A stretch of 64,000 nucleotides of DNA from Candidatus Zhuqueibacterota bacterium (GCA_016926625.1 JAFGOE010000013.1:79587-143586), one strand, 5' to 3'; numbered from the stretch's first letter, positions 19,690-29,955 are shown. The notes: generated by a model from the letters alone, not told the origin. Program-made: numbers and translations.

Positions 19690-22344
19690 TTATAAGTTTA
19701 AATAATAATTAAGCTTAAGCATAAAGATATTGTCCGCCACAGTGTTTAGCATCCTGCTCAACGAACGTCTGAATTTAAAGTCCCCGATCTCCTCCGATTC
19801 GGCTCTGCTTTGAGTCCATACAAGATAGAGAACCGATCCTGGTTTATATTCCCAGCGAAAAACAGCGTTACCGCGGAGAGATTTGTAATTGAAATCAGGA
19901 TTACTGAAAGAAATTGAATTTGCCAATCCTTCTCCGTCCGGATCGATGTAATACTCATTATCGTATATGGAGATCACGGAATTGTCATCCTGTCCGTAAT
20001 GATTGAATTTATAGCTGCCTGGTGTGCTCAATTCTTTAAAATCGAAATATTGGCCTGAGCAGATGAGCGGTTGAGCGTAAACCTGGAAGCTCATCGTCGG
20101 ATTGAATATTAAATCCATCCGAATGCTGGCAGCAAATGTATGTTGATCGAGCTGAGAAAATACATAGCGATGATCATATGTCTCGTTAGCAGTTGGATCT
20201 TCAAAATTATCGATCCATTGTGTATCATCATGATTGTATTCATATAATGGAGAGACACTGATGGACATATTGGAGGCGGGTTTGTATTCGAGTCCGAATC
20301 GCACACCTCTGAACCATGACCCTGAATTTGAAACGTAGCCGAATGTCTCCATTTCGAAGACCCATTTTTTGCGGTTATCGCTGTGCATTAAAAGATTTGC
20401 CTCCCAGCCCGGTTTGTTCTTCATCATGGGACCACCTCGCGTTGATCTGGTTGAATAGGAGGAGGGATTATAGGCAAACGAACACTCGAGGTCGTAATAA
20501 TTTAAAAATATGACGTTGAAGTACTGTAAAATTCCGTCCCAGGTTTTATTCAATCCGCAATCATACGTTTGAAACAGGGCGGTTGCAAACATAAATTCTC
20601 GATAACGATTGGTAGGTTTTGTCCATCGATATCCGCAGGCGATGTGCCAGTTGATGACATCGGCATACCGAATAAATCCGACGTCGTTGAGATCGAAGCC
20701 CGGCGAGATGAATCCGAATGCAGAATTGAAAAAGACACGCCCTTTTTGTTTATTTAATGACAGGCGTGTCACATAACCGGTCAGAGAATTAGCCGCACTA
20801 TCGACAGATACATGATCGGCATCGGGACGTTGATAATAGTGTTGTGAATTTTGCTGTAACTCTAACATCCGTTCACTGGAACCTGTGACATGAGAGAGGC
20901 CGGAATAACCTGATACTACCCATATCCTGTCGTTATCCAGGAAAGTCCATCCATCCAGACCGAAGGTGAAGGCTTTGTCATTGAAATCGGTTGGTGGAAC
21001 ATGAGCAGATAGTTGCCGTTGTGTGAGAGTTGAAATGAAACCGAGTCCTTGCGCTCGCTGATTGAAATCCCGTTGTCCTCGTAAGATCCCATAGTAGGCT
21101 GCGGGTTCGACTTCCAGAGTAGATGTTGTTCCTTCATATTGAATAGTCGCTTTCTCAGCAGCCGTCAGCGCATGGATCATTCCGAAATTCCATTTTTTCC
21201 CCATTTTGCCTGATAATTTTGCTGCACCCAGGATACGCGTTCCATCGGGTACGGATGCGTAATCATAATCGGGGAGACTGCCAGAAGGGCTCCTGCCGAT
21301 CCGCCTGCTATAAAATGCATCCATGCCTGGCCAATTCAAGTCCAGATAATTATTTGAACCACCAACTCCAAAGTTGAAGATCGATACACCTTCGAGGAAA
21401 AACGGTCTCTTCTCCTGGTAAAATGTCTCGACATCACTAAGGTTAACGACCGCCGGATCCACTTCCACCTGTCCGAAATCCGGATTGATCGTGGCGTCCA
21501 GGGTAATAGCATTCCCTAAACCTATTTTCATGTCGATACCCACACCCGGATCATAGTTCGTTCCATCATCAAATGGATCACCTCGATCCGGATTGGTATA
21601 TTCAGCCTTGGTACGCAGATATGGTTGAAATTCGATATGTTTCGGTGGAGAGATATTTTCGATACCAATCAGATCGACGAATCTGGATACGAAACCGCTG
21701 CCATCTTTCGGTGTGAATGTGAGATAATTTGTCTCATTTTTTCGTTGAATAACCCGTTTGAAATTGATTCCCCAAACATAATGCTCCTCTTTATTGAAAC
21801 GCAATTGCGAATAGGGAATTTTCAGCTCTGCGGTCCAGCCCTTGTCATCGATGTTAGCACATCCTTTCCAAATACCGTCCCAGGAGTTATCATCCCAGTC
21901 ATCGTTCAACAGTATACCATCAGCCTGAGTTCCTGCCGCATTGATCGAAAAATAAAATCCACTGCTCCTATCATGATATGAATCGACGAATACCAGGAAT
22001 TGGTCCGAGCTGGGCCAGCTATCTCTGCGTCCCAACCTGGCGATAATAGAATCAGGTGCAGAATCATACATGCGAGCAGCTATATAGATCGCTTCGTCAT
22101 CGTATGCTACTCTCACCTCGGTTGGTTCTGACGGAGAATCGTATTCAATCGGTTCTCGTTGAACAAATTTGTCAATACAATATTGATTCTTCCATACGGT
22201 TTCATCGAGCAGACCATCGATGATAATTTTTTCCGCTGTACGCACTGCCTTTACAAAATCAATTTTGACCGGATCGATGTTCATCTCCGATCCGAATAGG
22301 GGGGCTGCATATATTAAAATTAACACTGATATGGCATATTTCAT
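19690..22344 (-). CDS. Large secreted/outer-membrane protein, carbohydrate-binding family 9-like N-domain plus DUF5916-like beta-rich domain
   Basis: Signal peptide MKYAISVLILIYAAPLFG. N-terminal ...IIIDGLLDE.VW... is typical of CBM9-like modules. The long Y/F/G/N-rich C-terminal portion ends in an aromatic-rich strand. Family assignment is from memory only. GAGGTG Shine-Dalgarno precedes the start at 22344. Confidence 0.5.
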   Translation of the reverse strand: MKYAISVLILIYAAPLFGSEMNIDPVKIDFVKAVRTAEKIIIDGLLDETVWKNQYCIDKFVQREPIEYDSPSEPTEVRVAYDDEAIYIAARMYDSAPDSIIARLGRRDSWPSSDQFLVFVDSYHDRSSGFYFSINAAGTQADGILLNDDWDDNSWDGIWKGCANIDDKGWTAELKIPYSQLRFNKEEHYVWGINFKRVIQRKNETNYLTFTPKDGSGFVSRFVDLIGIENISPPKHIEFQPYLRTKAEYTNPDRGDPFDDGTNYDPGVGIDMKIGLGNAITLDATINPDFGQVEVDPAVVNLSDVETFYQEKRPFFLEGVSIFNFGVGGSNNYLDLNWPGMDAFYSRRIGRSPSGSLPDYDYASVPDGTRILGAAKLSGKMGKKWNFGMIHALTAAEKATIQYEGTTSTLEVEPAAYYGILRGQRDFNQRAQGLGFISTLTQRQLSAHVPPTDFNDKAFTFGLDGWTFLDNDRIWVVSGYSGLSHVTGSSERMLELQQNSQHYYQRPDADHVSVDSAANSLTGYVTRLSLNKQKGRVFFNSAFGFISPGFDLNDVGFIRYADVINWHIACGYRWTKPTNRYREFMFATALFQTYDCGLNKTWDGILQYFNVIFLNYYDLECSFAYNPSSYSTRSTRGGPMMKNKPGWEANLLMHSDNRKKWVFEMETFGYVSNSGSWFRGVRFGLEYKPASNMSISVSPLYEYNHDDTQWIDNFEDPTANETYDHRYVFSQLDQHTFAASIRMDLIFNPTMSFQVYAQPLICSGQYFDFKELSTPGSYKFNHYGQDDNSVISIYDNEYYIDPDGEGLANSISFSNPDFNYKSLRGNAVFRWEYKPGSVLYLVWTQSRAESEEIGDFKFRRSLSRMLNTVADNIFMLKLNYYLNL

Positions 22345-22800
22345 ATTGCACCTCATAGAATATCGAGCGATTAGATGTTACGATTCGTACATCTATTAAC
22401 GTAAAAATTTGAAAATTGTTACCGACAATGTGATTTTTATTATCATTCCGCATGAGGAGAAGACGATCAAACAATCAATTGGCAAAATAACGTTTCCAAG
22501 ATCAAGCCATCATACTGCAAAAGTCAGATTATCTGAAGGCGATCCGAAATTTATGGTAAGCAATCGATAAGACCTCTTGATTTTAAACTTCTATTTTGCT
22601 ATCTTTTACATGATGACCGGTGGGTAATCGATGAAATCAACGATTCAGCATGACTGATGAATGCGATCTACACCGAGTCTCGGAAATTGCTCCATCAGTA
22701 CAACGGGCTTAAAAAATATGATTATTTGTTTGCCATAAAGATTAATCGTTTAATTACAGAAGGATAAAGTGAGAATCCGAAGACATTAGAGGAAGGTCAT

Positions 22801-23817
22801 ATGAAGCAGATGTACATCATGAAAAATGGAGGGGTAGATGTTTTAAGATTAATTGCAGCAGATGATCCCCTCCCTGCAGCAGGCGAGGTGCGTATTCGAG
22901 TTCGAGCTTCAGGCGTAAACTTCGCAGATATTATGGCTCGAATGGGTCTATATCCAGATGCTCCCCCGAAGCCTTGCGTGGTGGGGTACGAGGTATCGGG
23001 TACAATCGATTCGGTGGGATCCGGCGTCACTGAACGATTAGTGGGCGAGGAGGTGCTCGCTGTGACAAAATTTGGCGGGTACAGTGATGTGGTCGTCGTG
23101 TCAGAGAGACAGACATTCGTCAAACCGAAGCGGCTGAGTTTTGAGCAGGCAGCCGCGATTCCTGTAAACTATTTAACCGCGTATCAACTGCTGGTGGTGA
23201 TGGGAGGACTGCAGAACGGAGAGACGATCCTTATCCATAATGCCGGCGGTGGGGTCGGACTCGCTGCACTCGAAATCGCGCGTCATATCGGGGCAAGGAC
23301 AATAGGCACCTCCAGTACAAGAAAACATGAGTTTCTGAAGTCGAAAGGATTAGACCATGCGCTTGCGTATCAGGATGGCGATTGGTATCAGCGGTTGATG
23401 GAGATTACTGACAATAAAGGGGTGGAGTTGATTGTGGATCCGATCGGCGGAGAAAATTGGAGATTAAATTATAAAGCACTGCGTAGTACGGGACGTCTCG
23501 GTGTGTTCGGAATTTCGAATGTGTCCCAATCGGGCAAGATCAATTACTGCAGGCTCTTGATGACGCTGCTGCGGAAGCCTAAATTCGATCCTATACATCT
23601 GATGAATAGGAACAGAGGGGTTTTTGGCGTCAATATGGGACATTTGTGGCATGAGGTGGATAAAATAAGGGAATGGATGCGTCAGCTACTCGATGGGGTG
23701 GAGGATGGTTGGATTAATCCTCATATCGATTCTACCTTCCCGCTTCAGGAAGTGGCCTCGGCTCATCTGTATTTAGAGCAGCGTAAAAATATGGGAAAGG
23801 TTCTTCTCATCCCCTAG
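22801..23817 (+). CDS. Zn-independent medium-chain dehydrogenase/reductase, quinone oxidoreductase (VAT-1/Qor-like)
   Basis: GVNFADI..R.GLY......P.V.G.E.SG pattern, and NAD(P) fold HNAGGGVGLAA. Confidence 0.8.
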   Translation: MKQMYIMKNGGVDVLRLIAADDPLPAAGEVRIRVRASGVNFADIMARMGLYPDAPPKPCVVGYEVSGTIDSVGSGVTERLVGEEVLAVTKFGGYSDVVVVSERQTFVKPKRLSFEQAAAIPVNYLTAYQLLVVMGGLQNGETILIHNAGGGVGLAALEIARHIGARTIGTSSTRKHEFLKSKGLDHALAYQDGDWYQRLMEITDNKGVELIVDPIGGENWRLNYKALRSTGRLGVFGISNVSQSGKINYCRLLMTLLRKPKFDPIHLMNRNRGVFGVNMGHLWHEVDKIREWMRQLLDGVEDGWINPHIDSTFPLQEVASAHLYLEQRKNMGKVLLIP

Positions 23818-23861
23818 TACGGAATGAAAAAAAATGCGAATCGATCGAACAGATCGACGCC

Positions 23862-25148
23862 CTAGATCGTCCTGTTCGGCTCGATGATGGTTCCTTTGGG
23901 TATGATAGTGATGCCGTCTTTAACCCAGACATCGACACCATCGACGTTGCTTCCCTTGGGTTTTCTGCGAATAGTTACATTATCACCGATGCGCACGTTT
24001 TTATCGAGAATGCAGCGTTCGATGACGCAATTTTTACCTATACCTAATCGCGGCAAGTTTTTAGTATTACCGTTCTCTTTAAACAGGACTTCTTCACCTT
24101 CATAGAAATCGGCTCCGAGCATGACGACTTCCTTCAATTTCGATCCTTTTTGAACGATGCTTCGCACGCCAACTATCGAATCTTCAATGTCGGCACCGAT
24201 AATGTCGGATCCCTCCACAATCAGGCTATCTTTAATGCTCGAACCGACAACGCGGGTCGGTGGCAATGATCTCATGCGAGTATAGATCGGCCAGCGGGGG
24301 TAGTATAGTTTGAAGGGAGGATCCGGTTGTGCCAGTGAAATATTGGCCTCGAAAAAGGTTGCTATCGTTCCGATGTCTTTCCAGTAATCGGTGAACGGGT
24401 AAACCATCATCTTATATTTATCGATCGCCCAGGGGATAATGTGTTTTCCAAAGTCCTCCTGAGTGTTCTCATTTAGTATCGATACAAGCGTTTTCGTGTT
24501 GAACACATAGATTCCCATCGACGCCAACGTCTTGTTAGCCTCAATCTTGAGATTCCTGTTTTTAAATAGTTTTTTAGGTGCGCGAAATTTCCTGATCAGT
24601 TCAAGGCTCTTCGGTTTTTCGGCAAACTCATTGACCCGTCCGCTTTCATCGACTCGTAGCAATCCTAACTGGGAGGATTCCTGCTCAGACGCCGGATAAA
24701 CACAGAGCGTGATATCGGCACCGCTTTCACGATGTTCCTTGAGTAACTCGGAATAGTTCATCCGATACAGATGATCCCCGGATAATATGAGTGTCTGATT
24801 TGAATCATAATAAGTGGTGTGATTGAGGGTTGCTCGTACCGCATCGGCTGTACCTTCAAACCATGAATCTCTGTGTGGGGTTTGCTCGGCCGCGAGTATG
24901 TCGATGAAACCATCACTGAAGGTGTCGAAACGATAGGTCTGCATGATATGCCGATGCAGACTTGCTGATAAAAATTGTGTCAGAACAAACATCCGTTTGA
25001 TGCCGGAATTAATGCAATTAGAGATTGGGATATCGATCAAACGATATTTACCGACAAAGCTGACCGCAGGTTTCGCTCTTTCAAGCGTGAGCGGGAACAG
25101 ACGTGTACCTCTTCCTCCACCGAGAATGATTGCCGTAACCTCTTTCAT
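23862..25148 (-). CDS. glgC: Glucose-1-phosphate adenylyltransferase
   Basis: N-terminal AIILGGGRGTRLFPLT..RAKPAV.F.GKYRLIDI..SNC.NSG, and a C-terminal left-handed beta-helix repeat region. Confidence 0.95.
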   Translation of the reverse strand: MKEVTAIILGGGRGTRLFPLTLERAKPAVSFVGKYRLIDIPISNCINSGIKRMFVLTQFLSASLHRHIMQTYRFDTFSDGFIDILAAEQTPHRDSWFEGTADAVRATLNHTTYYDSNQTLILSGDHLYRMNYSELLKEHRESGADITLCVYPASEQESSQLGLLRVDESGRVNEFAEKPKSLELIRKFRAPKKLFKNRNLKIEANKTLASMGIYVFNTKTLVSILNENTQEDFGKHIIPWAIDKYKMMVYPFTDYWKDIGTIATFFEANISLAQPDPPFKLYYPRWPIYTRMRSLPPTRVVGSSIKDSLIVEGSDIIGADIEDSIVGVRSIVQKGSKLKEVVMLGADFYEGEEVLFKENGNTKNLPRLGIGKNCVIERCILDKNVRIGDNVTIRRKPKGSNVDGVDVWVKDGITIIPKGTIIEPNRTI

Positions 25149-25389
25149 AAAATGATCCTTTCAAAATGATCAACGCCCTAACTGAATATAACGTTTTCCT
25201 GATCGAATATCAACAGAAAAGTTGCATTATTAAAAAATTCGTAGCTAAAATATGATAAGATCGGATGATTTTGAACATATAAAAAAATTGACGATGCGAC
25301 GGCGTTATCATTTCGCCAAAGGTATATTCGAATATAATATGTGAAGCTAATTTAGTTCAAATAAAATTTAAATTACGCTGGTTTTTAAC

Positions 25390-25418
25390 TTGCATCTATC
25401 AAAAAAAAAAATTATATT
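25390..25418 (+). promoter_or_regulatory. Putative sigma70-type promoter (TTGCAT-17-TATATT) for the 115-aa ORF
   Basis: TTGCAT at 25390-25395, a spacer containing an A11 tract, and TATATT at 25413-25418, about 60 nt upstream of the ATG at 25480. Confidence 0.4.
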
Positions 25419-25479
25419 GATACATTAAATGACTTGCAGACATGAACTTACATCTTTGGATTTTTAGGAGGAAAGCCGT

Positions 25480-25827
25480 ATGCTGTCAGAGGGAGCGGTT
25501 GATAGAACCGGAGTATCAGGAAGGAAAGCTGAAGCCCACTATGTGCCTAATGCAGATGAAATATCATTAGAGACAGTAATCAATTTATTGGTCAGTAAGA
25601 AAATTGTGACAGCCGATGAGTTGTTCTCTACAGAAAGTCAGGTACGCGAATACAGACAATATAAAAATGATGTATCGTACGTCAATATAAAGAATAATTT
25701 TGATCGGGGGAAATTTCCGAAGTTAAAAAAGGCGATGAGCATGCATCGATGGTCCAGGCATCTGGGATCATTTTTATTCGGATGGAAATGGAAAAAAGTA
25801 AAGAGTAATCATGCATCTCATTACTAA
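25480..25827 (+). CDS. Hypothetical protein (115 aa), no recognisable domain; basic/aromatic C-terminus
   Basis: Strong AGGAGGA Shine-Dalgarno 7 nt upstream, a promoter-like element upstream, and no overlapping better ORF. Confidence 0.5.
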   Translation: MLSEGAVDRTGVSGRKAEAHYVPNADEISLETVINLLVSKKIVTADELFSTESQVREYRQYKNDVSYVNIKNNFDRGKFPKLKKAMSMHRWSRHLGSFLFGWKWKKVKSNHASHY

Positions 25828-25960
25828 TGAAATCAACCGTAGATCCTGACGTTTCCTTCGCCAAGACTTCTGTGCATCGTTTGCTGATATCAATATAGAG
25901 CGAAATCAAATCTGGTGATTTGTTGTGGACTAGGGTCGATCTTTTTTTTTTACTAAATGG

Positions 25961-26746
25961 ATGATAGTCATGAAAAGATCAATATTTTATCGTTTATTCA
26001 TCGGAATCATTATAATCGGTATTGTCTCGAACCTACATGGTGACGATTTTCCGCAATTACAATACGCGGTCAATGATTTTGCTGATGTCATTCCTCAGTC
26101 ATATGAAGACGAGATCACGCGTTTAGCGGAGGAGGTATGGGCTAAAACCAATACGGCTATCGTAGTGGTAACGATCGAAACGATGGGTGACAATTACATA
26201 GAAGATTACGCGGCCCGATTATTTAAGAGTGCCGGAATTGGTGATCGGGAGGAAGACAAAGGCGTACTCATACTGAATGCAGTTAAGGAAAGGGAATTAC
26301 GGATTGAGACCGGATATGGTGTCGAGGGTATACTACCGGACGGCAAGATAGGCGTTATCATGCGACAATATCTTATCCCACCGCTGCGCGAAGGGAATTA
26401 CGGTGAGGGCTTCCTGAATACGACACGGGTGATCGCAGGAGTAATAGCCGAAGATGCTGGCATCGAATTGGATGGCACCATCCCCTATGAAGAACGAGAC
26501 TCAAGCGATGAATCGCCATTGGGATCATTTTTGTTTTTTCTGTTTATTGTATTTTTAATCATTATCACGAGAGGCAGGATTTTCCCATGGATATTCATGG
26601 GTGGTCCCCCAAATAACGGCGGGCCGTGGAACAGGGGTGGCTTCGGAGGAAGCTCAGGAGGTGGTTTCGGGGGAGGTTTCGGAGGTGGCTTCGGGGGCTT
26701 TGGAGGCGGAATGAGCGGCGGAGGTGGCGTCTCAGGAAGCTATTAG
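25961..26746 (+). CDS. TPM-domain protein (YgcG-like) with one TM helix and a Gly-rich C-terminal tail
   Basis: Signal/anchor sequence. TPM features ...VNDFADVI......I..L.......T...IVVVTI......IEDYA..LF...GIG......GVLIL......R..RIE.GYG.EG.LPD. TM helix FLFFLFIVFLIII. Tail GGFGGSSGGGFGGGFGGGFGGFGGG. Confidence 0.85.
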   Translation: MIVMKRSIFYRLFIGIIIIGIVSNLHGDDFPQLQYAVNDFADVIPQSYEDEITRLAEEVWAKTNTAIVVVTIETMGDNYIEDYAARLFKSAGIGDREEDKGVLILNAVKERELRIETGYGVEGILPDGKIGVIMRQYLIPPLREGNYGEGFLNTTRVIAGVIAEDAGIELDGTIPYEERDSSDESPLGSFLFFLFIVFLIIITRGRIFPWIFMGGPPNNGGPWNRGGFGGSSGGGFGGGFGGGFGGFGGGMSGGGGVSGSY

Positions 26747-26884
26747 TATTTTACCCACTTCACTGTACGGGAAATCGCTTCGGATGAATTGCTCTAAACG
26801 TAAAAAAAAGAAAGTATGAAGAAGCTCATCTCGATGTAAACGTTTTATTGTGACGGTAAAGTCATTCAAGCAGGAGATCAATAC

Positions 26885-27610
26885 ATGTCCAAAATACCGA
26901 AGAAACCTGAAGACATTTTTCAGGAATTTACAGAGGATTACAGATCTGTACTGGGGGACGATCTGTTGTCGATCATTCTCTATGGGAGTGGTGCTAAAGG
27001 CGATTACGTCTATAAAAAATCAGATATAAATTTCGCCCTGATCGTTACCGAGCATGGTATAAATCGATTACGGGAGTGTTTACCTCTCATCAAGAAATAC
27101 AGGAAGAGAAAGGTAACAACGCCATTATTTCTGACCCTTGAATACATTGAACGATCGTTGGATAGTTATCCGGTCGAATTCTTCAACATGAAGAACAACC
27201 ATCAATTGGTGTATGGTGAAGACCTTTTTTCCGGCTTAGTGATCGATAAGCAATTTTTGCGACTTCAAAGCGAACGAGAATTGAAGGGTAAATTGCTGCA
27301 TCTGCGCGAGGCCTACTTAAGCACGGCGCACAAGAAGAAGTTGATGAAACAGTTGATTTCGAATTCTATTATTTCCTTTTCCTCGATTTTTAATGTGCTA
27401 CTCAATTTAAAAGACGCAGATTCCTCCACGCACACCAGGGATATCTTCTTGAAAACGGCACAAATCTATAACCTGGATCAAATTCTTTTCAATAAATTGC
27501 TTTCAGTGCGTCAAAATTCAAACGATCCATCCAAAGAGGAGCTATACGATCTACTGGAAAAATACATCATAGAAATACAAAAGTTAACAAATCTCATCGA
27601 TAAATTATAG
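26885..27610 (+). CDS. Pol-beta-superfamily nucleotidyltransferase-domain protein with helical C-terminal domain
   Basis: hG[GS] motif at ILYGSGAKGDY, followed 11 residues later by SDINFALIV. The alpha-helical C-terminal half resembles KNTase_C/HEPN-like bundles, but no R-x4-6-H motif was seen. Confidence 0.6.
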   Translation: MSKIPKKPEDIFQEFTEDYRSVLGDDLLSIILYGSGAKGDYVYKKSDINFALIVTEHGINRLRECLPLIKKYRKRKVTTPLFLTLEYIERSLDSYPVEFFNMKNNHQLVYGEDLFSGLVIDKQFLRLQSERELKGKLLHLREAYLSTAHKKKLMKQLISNSIISFSSIFNVLLNLKDADSSTHTRDIFLKTAQIYNLDQILFNKLLSVRQNSNDPSKEELYDLLEKYIIEIQKLTNLIDKL

Positions 27611-27621
27611 GAGGGAGATCC

Positions 27622-28203
27622 ATGACAAAAGGAACAAAGACAGGTATCGGATGTCTGATTATCATCATCGTACTGGCCGTTATCTTATTCTCGGTCGTGA
27701 AGGGGATATATAACGATCTGGTTACGCGTGATGAACAGGTAAATAACAGTTGGGCTCAAGTAGAAAATCAATTGAAACGACGCTATGATCTTATTCCCAA
27801 TCTTGTAGAAACGGTAAAAGGATTTGCGCAGCAGGAGAGAGATGTATTAATAGGTGTCACAGAAGCACGAGCGAGTGTAGGACAAGCACAGTCTCCGGCT
27901 GAACAGATCGAGGCCAATAATGCATTATCCGGCGCACTTTCCAGATTAATGGTCGTCGTGGAACGCTATCCGGAACTGAAATCCGATCAGAACTTCTTAA
28001 AACTTCAGGACGAGTTAGCCGGAACAGAGAACAGAATTGCGGTAGAAAGAGGACGATACAACGAATCGGTACAGGTGTTGAACCAGAAAATCCGTTCATT
28101 TCCAACCGTGTTGTTCGCTGGCATCCTTGGTTTCGAACAGCGAGAATATTTTGATACTCCCGCTGCCGAAGAGGCTGCTCCTCAGGTTGATTTTACACGA
28201 TAA
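27622..28203 (+). CDS. lemA: LemA-family protein
   Basis: N-terminal TM anchor, then ...YN.LV...E.V...W..VE.QL.RR.DLIPNLVETVKG.A..E...L..V..AR... and VVVE.YP.LK....F..LQ.EL..TENRI...R..YN, the canonical LemA pattern. Confidence 0.9.
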   Translation: MTKGTKTGIGCLIIIIVLAVILFSVVKGIYNDLVTRDEQVNNSWAQVENQLKRRYDLIPNLVETVKGFAQQERDVLIGVTEARASVGQAQSPAEQIEANNALSGALSRLMVVVERYPELKSDQNFLKLQDELAGTENRIAVERGRYNESVQVLNQKIRSFPTVLFAGILGFEQREYFDTPAAEEAAPQVDFTR

Positions 28204-28223
28204 TCGTTTAACTGATCCTTTTG

Positions 28224-28256
28224 AAACCGGAAGTGCGTCATCATACTTCCGGTTTT
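28224..28256 (+). terminator. Rho-independent terminator after lemA
   Basis: aaaccggaagt-gcgtcatcat-acttccggttt hairpin followed by a short T tract. Confidence 0.6.
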
Positions 28257-28299
28257 CGAACATTATTCTGCCGAGATCGATCACGAAGGAGTTTTTGCA

Positions 28300-29955
28300 A
28301 TGAGTTCCGTCTTTATACTGGTGTTTGCAGTGAGTTGTTTTGTCATTGCATATCTATTTTATGGCAGATATATTGCAAAGCGCCTGGGTATCGACGCAAA
28401 TCGTCAAACCCCGGCCCATGCCTTAAAGGATGGTGTGGATTATGTGCCTGCTAAGGCGCCGGTACTATTAGGTCATCATTTTGCTTCCATTGCAGGTGCG
28501 GCACCGATCATCGGTCCGATCACCGCAGCTGTTTTCGGATGGCTGCCGGTCTTGCTGTGGATTATCTTCGGTAGCATCTTCATGGGTGCTGTTCATGATT
28601 TCTCTGCCATCATCGCGTCCGTTCGGCATCAGGGGCGATCTATCGGAGAGGTAATCGAAGTGGAGATCGGACATAAAGGCAAACAGCTATTTCTGATCTT
28701 TGCATGGTCCACGCTGGTGTTGGTAATCGCATCGTTCACCATACTGGTCGTCAAGACTTTCGTTCAAACCCCTGCTGTGGGAACTTCATCGATATTATTT
28801 ATCTTCCTTGCAATTCTTTTCGGCTTGTCCATCTATCGTTCCGGTGCACCTCTCGGATTAGCCACCTTGATCGGTATTGCGTTGCTGTTAGGATGCGTGT
28901 ACCTGGGTATCAAATACCCGCTCGTATTTTCAAGCGATACGGCGTCGTTCACTCGGGTATGGACTTACATAATTCTCGTGTACATTTTCCTGGCGTCCGT
29001 AACCCCTGTCTGGATATTGCTGCAACCGCGTGATTATTTAAATTCATTCTTACTCTATATATTGCTCATTGGCGCGCTGGTCGGATTGATTATCAAGAAT
29101 CCGACTGTCCAATTCCCGGCCTTCATCGCATTTACTGATCCACAACTTGGCTTTATCTTTCCCATTTTATTCGTTACCGTCGCTTGCGGTGCAATTTCCG
29201 GTTTTCATTCGCTCGTATCCTCCGGCACAACGGCGAAACAGTTGAACAGCGAAAAGGACGCCCGATTGATCGGTTACGGAGGAATGCTGATCGAGAGCCT
29301 GCTGGCAGTGATCGCTCTGGTGACGGTGATCATTTTATTACCGAAGGATGCTAAAACGCTGGCTAATCCGATAACGATATTTGCGAACGGTGTCGGCAGT
29401 TTCACTGCGAGTTTGGGCATCTCCGAGTATGCAGGTGTGCGCTTTGCCGCACTCGCGATCTCTGCGTTTGCTCTAACATCATTGGACACGGCCACACGCC
29501 TGGGGCGCTTTGCGTTTCAGGAATTTTTTAAATCCGATCAGAAGACTTTCTTAAATAACCGGTATAGCGCTACGTTCCTTACGATATTGCCTGCTGCCAT
29601 TCTTGCATTGACAGGCAGTTATCAACCGATCTGGCCTATATTTGGTACGGCAAACCAACTCCTTGCCGCATTAGCTCTGCTAGCCATGAGCGTTTGGTTG
29701 TCAAAGAAAAGCACCAGAAATCATTTTTTACGCTATCCGATGATCATTATGTTCGTAGTGACAGTATCCGCATTGGTCGTGCTGATCTATACGAAGATGT
29801 CGGAATTATGGCAAATCGTTAGAGATAGACCGGACGTATCAGCATATGAAATTGCGAGTGCATTTATTTTAGCCTTAATCGCCCTTCTGTTATTTATCGT
29901 CTCGATCGTCCTTGTACATGAGGCGTATAAAAGCCTGAAAAAGATCAGGACGTGA
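28300..29955 (+). CDS. cstA: Carbon starvation protein A family transporter (peptide/pyruvate uptake family)
   Basis: ...P.LLGHHFASIAGAAPIIGP..A...GWLP..LWI..G.IF.GAVHDF and ...ACGAISGFHSLVSSGTTAKQL..E.DAR.IGYGGML.E are hallmark CstA motifs. 551 aa, polytopic. Confidence 0.9.
   Translation: MSSVFILVFAVSCFVIAYLFYGRYIAKRLGIDANRQTPAHALKDGVDYVPAKAPVLLGHHFASIAGAAPIIGPITAAVFGWLPVLLWIIFGSIFMGAVHDFSAIIASVRHQGRSIGEVIEVEIGHKGKQLFLIFAWSTLVLVIASFTILVVKTFVQTPAVGTSSILFIFLAILFGLSIYRSGAPLGLATLIGIALLLGCVYLGIKYPLVFSSDTASFTRVWTYIILVYIFLASVTPVWILLQPRDYLNSFLLYILLIGALVGLIIKNPTVQFPAFIAFTDPQLGFIFPILFVTVACGAISGFHSLVSSGTTAKQLNSEKDARLIGYGGMLIESLLAVIALVTVIILLPKDAKTLANPITIFANGVGSFTASLGISEYAGVRFAALAISAFALTSLDTATRLGRFAFQEFFKSDQKTFLNNRYSATFLTILPAAILALTGSYQPIWPIFGTANQLLAALALLAMSVWLSKKSTRNHFLRYPMIIMFVVTVSALVVLIYTKMSELWQIVRDRPDVSAYEIASAFILALIALLLFIVSIVLVHEAYKSLKKIRT

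Noticed and set aside
22357-22800. 444-nt intergenic region upstream of the quinone oxidoreductase, with a TTGATT-17-TATCTT element (22577-22605) implying a leader of about 190 nt. Considered as a possible riboswitch or sRNA.
   Set aside because: I could not recognise any known riboswitch core or a stable conserved-looking structure. The promoter match is weak at the -10 element, so evidence is insufficient to call a feature.
26620-26746. GGT/GGC-rich repetitive DNA at the 3' end of the TPM gene.
   Set aside because: It encodes the Gly-rich (GGFGG)n tail that is typical of YgcG/TPM proteins. It is not a CRISPR, a satellite or a mobile element.
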